Made by a program: the position numbers and the translations under genes. This document shows, one piece after another, positions 1 to 10,144 of a stretch of DNA of 20,000 nucleotides (within the stretch, counting starts at the first letter, position 1; each line of letters opens with the position of its first letter). Where the stretch lies: contig NW_027191474.1 in the NCBI RefSeq assembly GCF_011745625.1, positions 371,143-391,142 of the forward strand. Reading direction: 5' to 3'. Below the pieces are notes generated by a model. That model searched no databases. It was not told the origin of the DNA and saw nothing but the letters and a program-made list of their open reading frames with translations. Source of the DNA: Cladosporium halotolerans. Its lineage: Eukaryota.

Positions 1-2
1 CG

Positions 3-1463
3 ACCGGCCGTCAACAAAGCACCCTCGGCTACTGGGTGCCCCTGATCACAATCAGCACGATCGCAATCGGAGGCCTGGCAGCATGGATCTGGTCTGAGAG
101 GAGCGACAGTGACGAGGACGACCGTCCGCACCACGACAAGCCGCCGCGCCCGTCCACGGGCCTGGGCGGCGCCTACCCGACTCAAGGCGCGCAGCCGTAT
201 CCTGGTCCGCCTCCGCCTGAAGGCCACCCTCCTGGATCCCAGCAGAATGTGAACATGCCGCCTTACGAAGGGCCCGTCCCGAGCCAGAGTGGAGGTCCGC
301 AGGGTGGGCCTCCGCCCGTTGGCGGCGAGGCTGCCAGCTACTATGCTGGCCGAAGCGTTCATGGGGAGCAACGTCAGCAGCAAGAGGCTTCTTGGTACGG
401 CCAGGTCAGAGGCGCCATCCGCCGTACGCCTTCCCCGCAGCAGTTCTTCGACTCTGCGTCGAAGCAGGTTGGCGCGGCTGCGGCTGCGGCTGGTGCGGCT
501 CTCGGCAGCATCATGGAAGAGGACAAGGACGCCTACTACGAGGACGGCAGCCGGAGGCGTGAGAGGCGTGGCAGAGAGGGCGAGGGCGAAGTCTTCAGCG
601 ATCACGAGAGGTGGTCCGAGGAGGCAGAGGAGAAGACGCGTGTTGGTACCGTCGAGGCCGAAAGCGAGAAGAGGGCTGATGCTGCTCTCAGGAGCGCGAG
701 AAGCGACAAAGGGCGGAGCAAGAGTAAGAAGACGGTCGCCGTCGTCGTCAGCGCAGACATCGGCAGCGATGGCTCTTACGACCACGACAGCGCGTACCAG
801 ACTGAGCATGCTGTGAGTTTCAGTGATGATCGCATAGCAACGAGCTGCACTAACACCTCCCAGTCCATCCTCTCCCACCTTCCCACTGAACACGACCCCA
901 GTACCACCGACATGTTCGTCCTGATCTATGCCCCGACGCTTACTTCCTTGCCACCTCTCGACTACCAGCCTCCCGCGGCCGCCACCTCTGGCCTCGGCTC
1001 GTCCTATTCTCAGATCTCCACACCCGTCGTCACTCCCGGCAGCGAACTGCAATCGATTTCCCCTCGCATCTCACCTTCGGACTCATCCTACCCCAAGTCC
1101 TTCGACACACTGTACCAGCAGGCTCTCACCCTTGTATCTCAATCATCACACATTCTCCCCTTCACCACGGAGGGCGGCTACATCCAGATTCTCAAGCACC
1201 TCGCACCTCAGCTCGTATACGTCGCGGAATCGCTTTCCGGCTTCGACGGCGACAACGTCGCTCAACTGCGTGGCTGGGTCGGCAGGACCATCCTCGTTGC
1301 CGGCGAAGGACTCGCAGACACCGAGACCGAGGACGAGGGCACCAGAGACCGCCGTAGGTGGTACGAGAGGAGCTCGATGGTGGGTCTCGGCAAGGAGGTC
1401 GAGGTCGTCGATGCAGCGAGGGTTGGTGAGGATTGGGGCAAGAGGGTTGGCGGCAGGGATTGA
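3..1463 (+). CDS. Peroxin 22-like (fungal Pex22/FAM1-type) membrane-anchored protein, 5'-truncated by the window edge; one intron 813-863
   Basis: Frame is open from base 3 (TGRQQSTLGYWVPLITISTIAIGGLAAWIWSER). The GYWVP...GLAAWIWSER membrane anchor, Pro/Gly-rich low-complexity region and C-terminal ILPFTT..GY..ILKHLAPQLVY..E..L.G resemble fungal Pex22-like proteins as I recall them. Intron GTGAGT(813)...CACTAAC...CAG(863), 51 nt and in-frame, so the ORF track reads through it. The ORF-track start at 36 is a GTG (Val), not the true start. Confidence 0.72.
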   Translation, partial: TGRQQSTLGYWVPLITISTIAIGGLAAWIWSERSDSDEDDRPHHDKPPRPSTGLGGAYPTQGAQPYPGPPPPEGHPPGSQQNVNMPPYEGPVPSQSGGPQGGPPPVGGEAASYYAGRSVHGEQRQQQEASWYGQVRGAIRRTPSPQQFFDSASKQVGAAAAAAGAALGSIMEEDKDAYYEDGSRRRERRGREGEGEVFSDHERWSEEAEEKTRVGTVEAESEKRADAALRSARSDKGRSKSKKTVAVVVSADIGSDGSYDHDSAYQTEHAVSFSDDRIATSCTNTSQSILSHLPTEHDPSTTDMFVLIYAPTLTSLPPLDYQPPAAATSGLGSSYSQISTPVVTPGSELQSISPRISPSDSSYPKSFDTLYQQALTLVSQSSHILPFTTEGGYIQILKHLAPQLVYVAESLSGFDGDNVAQLRGWVGRTILVAGEGLADTETEDEGTRDRRRWYERSSMVGLGKEVEVVDAARVGEDWGKRVGGRD

Positions 1464-1693
1464 GAGGTGTGGATTTGATTGACGGACGCGATGTTACCCA
1501 GGAAGCTACCAGCGCAGAAATAGCTTGGTCTGTGGCCACGAACTACATATATCGCAGAGTTCGAGAGAGGCTCGTCACGTTTTGCAGAAATTAATGGTAT
1601 TATGTTTGATCTGGGTTTATCCACCATGTTCCCGATCCACGGCTCTTTAGGGGTTGGCTTTGTCCAACGGTGGTCTCCTGAAAACCTATGTAG

Positions 1694-3247
1694 TCATGTC
1701 AAGGAAGCGTTCGCTGAAACTCGAACCGTCTCGGCATGCCACACCAACTCCAGCCTATCGCCAACCAGCTTGCTGTTAAACCACTCGCATATCTCGACGT
1801 CTCTGCCGATCGGGCTCGCGCCCTCCAGCAAATTCGTCCTAGCGATCGCTCGCAGCGCCAGCTGCAGTTCCAACTGCGCGAGATTCCTCGCAAGGCATCC
1901 TCGCTGCCCAAGCGAGAACGGAATCCAGTCTCTCTGCATCTGCGGCGAAGGCCCATCGAGCCATCTCTCCGGTTGGAATTTGAACGGATCGGGAAACACT
2001 TCTGGATTGAAGTGCAGAGTATGTAGTTGACAGCCGACCACGGTGTCTTCGGGCAGATAGAAGCCGTTGAATGACCAGCCACCCTTGGGTACCACACGAG
2101 GGAGACGTGTAGGTGTCGACATGCCCATGCGGAGACCTTCGCGGACCACGGCGTCGAGGTATTTCAGGCTCTGGGGATTGTAGGATAATGATGGGTCTGT
2201 GGCGTCTGCGCTTGCCACTTCTTCGCGAAGGCGTTGGTAGCTGATGAAACGTCAGTGAATCGGGAACAGTATCGATTACAGAGATTGATCTTACATCTGA
2301 GGCGATTTTGCCAGCCGCCAAATCAGCTTGCTCAAGTTCGTACCAGTCGAATCTGTGCCCGCGAACATCAAGTCCATGACTTGCACTGCGTTCTCATCGT
2401 CGCTCACGCCCGCCTTCTTCAGTCGACCTTGGAATGTGTCTTCATCCGGAGGTGTGTCTTTGACAATCCGTCGAGCGAACTCGTCCAGCTTTGCGCCGCC
2501 TGCTTCAGCTGCAGCATCTACGCTTGGAAAAAGTTTTGCATTCAACCAATTGACCGCAACAAAGAGATAGTGTGGCAAGGAGAAGAAACGCCCCGTCTCC
2601 ACCAGCATGTCAACGAACACACTGGCACTCAGACGACCCCCCTGCTCCTCAATCCCTCCATAAGGCGTACGAAACAGAAACGAGCTCACCGCATCCAAAG
2701 CAAGGCTCCTACTCAGATTGAGCACATCGACCGGCTCGCCCGTTCTTGCCTCCGACCGCACCCTCTCAACAAACCTCCCAACACACGCCTCGATCGCCGC
2801 CTGCCCAGCCCGTATGTTCGCAGTGCTGAACAACGGCGCGACAGCCTTGCTCCTCCGCGCCCTGTACTCGCCGTCCCGCGCGCTGAAAATCGTCGCGTGG
2901 CCCTCGAAGTCGAAGTTCTCGTAGCAGTCCGCTTTGCGGAAGCCTCCGTGCTCGCTGTAGATGGCGTTTAGAGCGATGCCGTCGGAGATGGAGCATTCGT
3001 TGGGGCCGATGCGGGCGATTGGGCCGTAGGTCTTGTGGAGGCGTTCGATCTGGGTGACTTCGTCGCCGAGGTAGGAGTGGTACCAGAGCCAGAGGGGGCT
3101 GAAACGGCAGAGGAGTGGGCCGGGGACGCGAGAGAGGGGGGACGAGAAGGCTTGGTAGATCGGGATTGAGATCAAGATGGCAAAGATGGCAAATAGAAAT
3201 GTTGCAGATGTAGGCGGGGACAGATCCAGAAATGAGAAAAATTCCAT
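1694..3247 (-). CDS. Cytochrome P450 monooxygenase, ~499 aa; exons 3247-2295 and 2240-1694
   Basis: ATG at 3247 (MEFFSFLDL), N-terminal hydrophobic anchor, Pro-rich hinge (VPGP), I-helix FAGTDST, K-helix EGLR, PERW and heme motif FSLGQRGCLA. The 54-nt intron 2294-2241 (GTAAGA...ACTGAC...CAG) joins SPQI-YQRLREEV in frame; spliced length 1500 nt. Confidence 0.95.
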
Positions 3248-3720
3248 GATCCCAGTAAAGCACTCATTGGCGAGATGAGAATCCAATAAAAAGACCTGAC
3301 TGGCTTAGCAATGGCGTTCTGATACTCGGCATTCTGCCCAAATCTGCCCAAAGTGGTCGCGAAGTGTTGGGCTGTCGGCAAAAGTGATGGCATGGCGTTC
3401 ACAGCCCCACCAGAGCCCGCCATCGCTTGTGTCTGGAGCTTCACAAATTAAAACCTCTCCACGCAAAATAGAAAAGAGTTAATGATTGAGCGAGATTACG
3501 TCGAACAATACATGGATCATGACGACGTTATGGATGAAATTATATCTCGTGTTGGTTCTTTCACAGGTCAGAGCCTGTCGGAGTTGGTTTGCTACACGTG
3601 GATTACGACGGAGAGCTCATTTTGTGAGAATTTAGGCTGCGTTGGAGCGATGTTCTAGTATATATGCAGTCTACTGCATGAAGACACACCCATACTAACC
3701 CGGCCAGCCACATATATTAT

Positions 3721-5535
3721 CTAAACAGCGAAACCACCACTGTTACGCTGCCTAGGCTCACCAGCAGCCTCGAAAGTCCCATTCCTCAACAGCCTCAGCG
3801 ACTGCGCAGTCGAGCCGCCCGGTGCAGTCCAAGTCACATTGTGGCCTCTATCCTTCATGAAAGCCACCGTTTCGTTGTCATAGGTATACTCAAAGCTGAC
3901 CTGGTTCGGCACAAGCTGGTCGTGCAACCTTGGCGCCGCCAGAGCTTCCGGCGCCGTGGCGTTCTGGTCCAGCACGTGCCAGATGTTCTGCACCACGGCC
4001 GTGATGATCCTACTGCCGCCAGCGGAGGCGACGACGAAGTACAGCCTGCCGTCCGCGTGCTCGACGATGCTGGGCGAGATGGAGCTGAGCGGGCGCTTGC
4101 CGGGGCGGATGTAGTTGGCGGGCGACGGGATGTAGCCGAAGGCGTTGGAGGAGCCGGGGATGGAGAAGTCGTTCATCTCGTTGTTCATGATCACGCCGGT
4201 CTCGGGGACCATGATGTGCGAGCCAAAGAGGAGGTTGACGGTCGTCGTGAGCGAGATGGCCATGCCGCTGGCGTCGCTGGCGACGACGGCAGATGTGCCG
4301 GGTGTTTCCAGGGACTCGAAGCCGGAAGGGTCGTAGACGGACACGTTTTGGGTCCGCTGGTCATTCAGTTTCGATCGCACTTCTGCTGCTGTGGCGTCGC
4401 TGAGCATCTCGGCCTGGTACTTGTCGAGGCCTTCCACAAACAATGGATCGCCGAGCTCGCTGCGCTGTCCGTATGCGAAGCGCAGGGCTTCGTCGAATCG
4501 GTGGGTGCTCAGGTTTAAGGCAGCGGCCTCGCCGATGTCTTCATAGCCTTCAATGATCTTCATCACGCTCATAGCCACAGTGCCAGAGGAGGGAGCGCTG
4601 CAGCTATGAATGTTGTAGTCTCGGTATGAGATTGCAGCCGGATCTCTAATCGCCACTGTGTAATTCTTAAGGTCCTCGAGAGTCATAGTACCGCCAGTCG
4701 CATTGAGCGTGTTGATAGTTGCTTCAGCGATCGGTCCGGTATAGAAAGCGTCGGCGCCTGGTCTGGTCAGTCTCTTGTCCAATGCGCGTGCTCGTAGAAG
4801 CTCACCTCGTTTGGCAATTGCCTCTAGGGTGTCTGCATAGCGCCGCCTGGTGATTGTGTCGTTCAGACCCAGCAGAGTTCCGTTAGGCGCAAAGTCTATA
4901 GCCCAAGTGGGATCGTTTACAAGGAAGTTGTCAATGCCAGCCGTGGCGGAAGCCATGTAACGGACGAGGTCCTCTGTGACGGGAAAGCCATCGCGAGCAA
5001 CCTTGACAGCAGGCATGACCAAGGATTTCCACGATTTAGACGCATAGCCCTGGTAGAGACGCTCAAGTCCACGAACTTCGCCGGGTACACCACTAGCAAG
5101 CCCAGAGTAGATGCTGCTGTTGGTGTTGTTCACGTACATGTTCTCGAAGGCCGCAGCCGGAGCCGTTTCTCTGAAGTCAATGAATTCATAGGAGCCATTG
5201 CTGCCGCGGACCAGCATGAAACCGCCTCCGGCGATACCAGAATGGTACTGAAAAGGTCAGTGATGCTGCCTGAGCGGAGTGTGCGGTATTTCGCTAACCA
5301 TTCCGACAACGCCGACGCAGAACACAGTAGCGATCATACTATCCGCAGCGTTGCCGCCGTCTTTCAGAATGTCGGTGCCAATGTTGCTGCATATCGAACT
5401 CTCGGAAGCTACTGCTCCCAATGTATCATTGCCTTTGCCCGGATGATGGCCATACGAGGGAGGATAGCGTCCCGGCGAAGCAGCCGCGAAATTAGCAAGG
5501 AGGAGGCCAGCGAAGAAGCGCCCAAAACGATACAT
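3721..5535 (-). CDS. ggt: Gamma-glutamyltranspeptidase / glutathione hydrolase, probably secreted; exons 5535-5299, 5247-4806, 4757-3721
   Basis: Signal-peptide-like N-terminus (MYRFGRFFAGLLLANFAAA), GGNAAD, spliced GMYHSGIAGGGFML, IDFRETAP, GVPGE, autoprocessing site G|TSA...SLTTTVN, NNEMNDF, RPLSS, GGSRI. Introns 5298-5248 (51 nt) and 4805-4758 (48 nt, in-frame). Many N-X-S/T sequons. Confidence 0.95.
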
Positions 5536-6434
5536 GGTGGTGACTTGCAGAAGAACACGGAGCGAGGAAACGAGGGACCGAGCATAAATACACGCAGAGC
5601 GACACTGGGCACGAGGCCTGGTGGTTAGCCCTGGTTATCACGTAAAGGTAATTCTGGTGCGGGCATGTCGCGATGCCGACTCCGCACTTGCGCCTTGCTC
5701 GAAGGGAGGTATAATATGCGAGTTGCGGGACCGCGAGGGAGCGTGCTGTAACCTTGCCATTCTCGTTTCGCCGCGCAAGGCCGCAGTCTCCCCGGCGACG
5801 AGATGTGTCGGTTGATAAGGGCATACTGAGGCATTGAGGGAAGTAATTGTTGCCAATGGTCAGATGATAAGCATACCGGATAGGCAAAAACGGCAGGTGA
5901 GCTTATCTCGACGAGGCTTCGCTTCCCCTCTGCTGTCTCCACCTGTCGCTCAAGCCACCGACGCCGCTTCAAGCCCCCGCCAAACGTGGCGCCAGCCCTC
6001 ACGTCACAGCAGAAGTCGATCGACCGACCCACCATCACGTGCGTGCTCATGGTTGTAACATTCTAGGGAAGGTTAATAAGTAATCGATTAGCGGAACTTA
6101 TAAAACAATGACCACAGGTCAGTGATGCCTGGAAACCCTACGATTCTCATCCCTCCAGGACTGCCTTTCTGCCTGTTCTCTGAGCCTGCAACATTTCCAA
6201 ATCTAGGCTTTACACCACCTGCAATCTCGCATAACACAGTGACATGTAGCCGCAAAAATTAGCCAGTACTGCAGGCGGGAAAGTATCATATAACCCAGTT
6301 CTTTCAATTTTTCTGTTCCCATGCCTCGGCTGTCGTGCCTCGAATGATCACATAGTCTCGCATTTGGACTTCATTAACACGAGTTTCCGAAAACAGACAT
6401 CTAATTTCGAGCATCTTCTTGTGCATCGTCGGTC

Positions 6435-8447
6435 TCATGTGCGCATCCTCTTGTTCTGAAAGGGTATCGTTAGTAAAGAGGGAAGCAAAGGAGTCAATTG
6501 GCTCGACAATGACTTACGTTCAGAAGCAGCGAAGCCACGATACTGATAGCGCCGGCCGTGATGCACAAAATGAAACTGTTTTCACCATGAAATTAGCTCA
6601 AGCCGAAAAGTGCGAAAAGTGGGAGAGATCAAAACATACGCCCTGTTAATTGCCACCGTGATAACGTTCAGAATAGCCATGCGGGTCTGCTCGTCCAAGG
6701 TCTTGAGGAAGCCACCCGCAGCGCCCGAGAGCGCCTCCTGTAATTGGCCCTCGGGCACGTCAGGAAGCAGCGGCCGGAGGTTCCTCAGCGCAGTGTTAGT
6801 GAAAACGGCGCCGCCGACCGAAAGGCCGATGGTGATACCGAGCAGCTGCGCGAAGAGGATGAACGTGACGCCATACGCCATGTCTTTCATCTCGATGACG
6901 CCGAGGATGACGGCGAAGCCGGCCTGCAGGTAGCAGCCGACGCCGACGCCGAGGAGGACCTGGACGCCGTAGAGGTAGGCGTCGCTGGTCGACGTGTCGA
7001 CTTGCTCGAAGAGAACGCCGCCGATGAGGATGCAGACTGCTCCAATCAGGTACCAGGGCTTGTAGAGAGGGTACGCGGGGAGCAAGGCGCCTTGCAGTGC
7101 GATGAAGACCGTCGTGGCGATGATGAATGGCAAGAGTCGGATGCCGGCGTTCAGCGCACCGGCGCCGCCGATGAATTGGAAGATGAGTGGGATGTAGTAC
7201 TGCTGTCGGTTAGCCTCGGGCCGGTATGGCATCGGAAAAGGTGGTCCTGATAATTGACTTACCATGCCGATCATGCTGGCACAGTTGTTTGCGGCCATCA
7301 GGACGAAGAGAAGGAAAGGCTCTTTCTGCGGGATCAGCTGGACGGGCAAGATACGACCTTCAAAACTGGTCATGAACTTGAAGGTCTGCTGAAGTCCAAA
7401 TGCGATGAAAAGGACGCCGCTGACAACAAAGAGCGCGATGATTTGACCAGACTTCCAGGCGTACAGAGTACCTCCGAAGTTGACCGCCATGGTGCCGCAG
7501 AACAGTGCGGCCACGGAGAGGAGGGTGCCTAGGTTGTCGTAAATCTTGAGCTTCTCGATGATGGTCATGCTAGGGCGAGGCTGGAAAGTCGGCATGATGA
7601 AGATGTAGACTGGCGCAAAGGCGGCGAGAACAACAAGGTTGATGTAAAAGCCCCAGCGCCATGTAGCGTGCGTTGCGAATGCGCCGCCAATGAGAGGACC
7701 GATAATCTGTGAATATCAGCAATCAGTCATGTCAGGCGAATACGACGGCGCTTAGACATACGCTTCCGATGCCGTACGCCATGCCACTGTGAAGTGTGTT
7801 AGCACGGCGTTGAATTGGAAAAAGGATCTCGGTATCCGTCTTACATCAAACTCAGGTATGTTGGACGCTCCTTATCCGTGGTGGTCACGGAAAGCAGCGT
7901 CAGCACTCCGACATACATGCCATTGCCGCCAATTCCCGCGACGATTCTTCCAACGATCATGCAAGCCATGTTGGGCGCAGCGCCGCACAGAGCAGACCCG
8001 ATGCAGAAGATGACGCCACAGATGAGGTAGAGCGATTTGGTATCGAAGAGACCAAATATCTTGCCGGAAGGAAGCGCGAAGACGAGACCTCCGATCATGT
8101 AGCCAACAGAGACCCATGGTAGAAGGTCCTGGTCGCCGAGATCTTCAATGATTGAAGGTTGGATAGTTGCAACCTGCATTGGTTAGCATCGGTAGCTGAG
8201 AACGCTCTGAAGGTTTCCATGGGTATCCCACAATGGTGTTATCCGTGGCATAGAGCAGGATACTCGAAACTACGGCAACGACTGCCAGAATCCATCTGAA
8301 CCCGTGAATGTTGCGTGGAGATGGAGGCGGGGCAGTCTCTTCATCCTTGGCGATCTCGACGTCGGCGCTCTCTTTGTTTTCCTTGGGTGTGTTCGAGCCA
8401 TCAAGGCTGCTCGAAGCCGTTGACTGCGCAGGAGCTTGCTCTGTCAT
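6435..8447 (-). CDS. MFS drug/toxin efflux transporter (DHA2-like, ~14 TMS); 7 exons: 8447-8232, 8173-7845, 7786-7762, 7706-7263, 7199-6640, 6575-6518, 6455-6435
   Basis: Spliced protein contains LYATDNTIVATIQP, LPWVSVGY, GSALCGAAPNM..MIVGRIVAGIGG, IIGPLIGGAF...WRWGFYINL, YYIPLIFQ and multiple hydrophobic segments. All six introns are GT-AG, 55-64 nt, with CTAAC/CTGAT/CTAAT-type branch sites, and restore frame. The last exon reads NKRMRT-stop. Confidence 0.92.
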
Positions 8448-8892
8448 TGTGCGAGGGAGTAGTGACACGTTTGGGAGAGACGGGTGGCACAAACAGCATG
8501 CCGTGTCGGCCAGGGCATATATTGGAAGACATAGCTGTCCTGATCAAAGCTCCTACCTCAAATCACTCTGCGGGCTCGTTTCTCATTCAAACCCAGGAGG
8601 CGGGTTTCTGACAAACCATGTCGCTGCATGTCGGACTTCTGTATGTGAGTTGGACGTGCCTTGCGGAGTGACTAGCGGAGACTTGCGGGCGCTAGCGGAG
8701 TCGGCATGCAGGGGAGCGCTTGTGGCGCGATGAGGCGGACTCGAATCCTTCGAGGATCTCCAGGGTCTTCGCAACATGTTGCATTCAGACTCAACTGTCC
8801 ATCGCGATCTGTCCGATGCTGTGTCACGGCCGCAAGTCGCCCATTATTAATCCGATGCGTGTTCCCACTCTGCGAGCGATGGCAGCGCCAAA
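8448..8892. promoter_or_regulatory. Divergent (bidirectional) promoter region between the MFS and thioesterase genes, containing a CGG-rich direct-repeat array
   Basis: 445-bp head-to-head spacer between ATG 8447 (-) and ATG 8893 (+); TATA-like CATATATT near 8516-8523; clustered CGG triplets at 8632, 8664, 8676, 8686, 8696, 8702 and 8736. Confidence 0.65.
8660..8700. repeat. Four imperfect ~10-bp direct repeats, consensus CT(A/T)GCGG(A/G)(G/C)
   Basis: cttgcggagtg actagcggag acttgcgggc gctagcggag; CTAGCGGAG occurs exactly twice (8672-8680, 8692-8700). Confidence 0.7.
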
Positions 8893-9824
8893 ATGGAGAC
8901 GATCAGCAGGAGCAGGTCGGGCAAAGCCCCACTCGTGCTTATTCACGACGGCGGTGGAACGACGGCCTCATACCATGCGCTGAAAAATCTCGATCGTGAC
9001 ATCTACGGCATCGAAAACCCGCTGTTCTATGCCAGCAAGCCATGGAAAGGCGGTATCCGCGCTATGGCGCGGGCGTACAGCGCCTTGATCGAGTTGGAGC
9101 TTGGACAAACGTCCGTGCTGCTGGGCGGTTCGTACAAATAATCGTTCACATCCTCCGCTTGGGCGTTCGCTGACGGAGATGTTTCAAAGGATGGAGTTTC
9201 GGCGGTCTGGTGGCGCTCGAGATGGTCGAGGTGCTCCACGATGAGTACGCGATCCACGTCCAAGGAGTCCTGCTTCTCGACAGCGTCTGTCCGTCCTCGT
9301 GGAAACACTCGGCTGCTCTCAACGATAGCCATATCGCTTCGAACTTGTATGCTTCGTGTCTCAGCTCAAAACTCTTGGTCATGAGCATGATGAAACACTC
9401 GGCCCTCATGGCAGAGCAGTGGCAACCTCCACAATGGCAGGGCTCGATACTCGATTCCGGGGAACTCGGTTGCTGCTGTCCAGGAATGCTCTCGGCCCCA
9501 GAAGTGATGGCAGTATCATCTCGCTCGGGCCCTCTCGTGGTCTTGGTTCGGTGTCTGGACAGGCTGAGTCCTGGAGACAAAGCCGCCGCTCGCGTGGATT
9601 CTTCGCGTAACTGCGAGACCTTAGGGTGGGAACACGCACGGCCAGGCTTGGTTTCCTACACTTTGCAGTGTAGTGCCAATCACTTCAACTTATTCTCTAA
9701 GGAATACGTGAGTGTTTACTCAAATTCATCGCCATGCCGAGTGCTAATCAGCTTGAAGGTGCGCGAAACAACCGACAAGATCCGCGAGGCTCTGATGGTC
9801 ATGGAGGATCATGGCGATTATTGA
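8893..9824 (+). CDS. Stand-alone thioesterase (alpha/beta hydrolase, PKS/NRPS TE-like); exons 8893-9127, 9190-9707, 9759-9824
   Basis: PLVLIHDGGGT oxyanion-hole region. Splicing the 62-nt intron 9128-9189 (GTTCGT...GCTGAC...AAG) creates the nucleophile elbow LLGGWSFGGLVA (GxSxG). Acidic residue in LLDS, His in ANHFNLF. Second intron 9708-9758 (GTGAGT...GCTAAT...AAG, 51 nt). Confidence 0.9.
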
Positions 9825-10144
9825 GCTTGAAAGTTTGACCAATTGCAAATGCCGCGTAATGCGTTTGATTGATTGAACTGCCCTGCAGTATTTGACCCGG
9901 TCGAACACCGAAGAAGCTACAGTGACCGGGAAAAAGCGATGATTCGACGGCTGTCTGCGAGATGGGCCGCCGAAGGCTGCAGTCTCTGTCCATCGACAAA
10001 TCCTGTGCTAAATGAAATTTTAGACAATGAATTATAGATCTGAAATGGTGATAAATTTTTGGAAGTCGCAAGGTCAGATCTTTTAATCGCTGACTTCGGC
10101 GCCGTTCTGATAATTCCCGGCTCCTGTTCATCATAATCATATCG

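Noticed and set aside
2234..2971. 245-aa + strand ORF, and similar antisense/alternate-frame ORFs (289-816, 928-1482, 3841-4518, 6744-7250, 17068-17631, 19138-19659)
   Set aside because: All lie within or opposite well-supported genes, have no recognisable motifs, and are expected shadows of GC-rich codon usage.
5536..6434. Several 60-140 aa ORFs between GGT and MFS
   Set aside because: No motifs or consistent splice structure; best read as GGT promoter and MFS 3' region.
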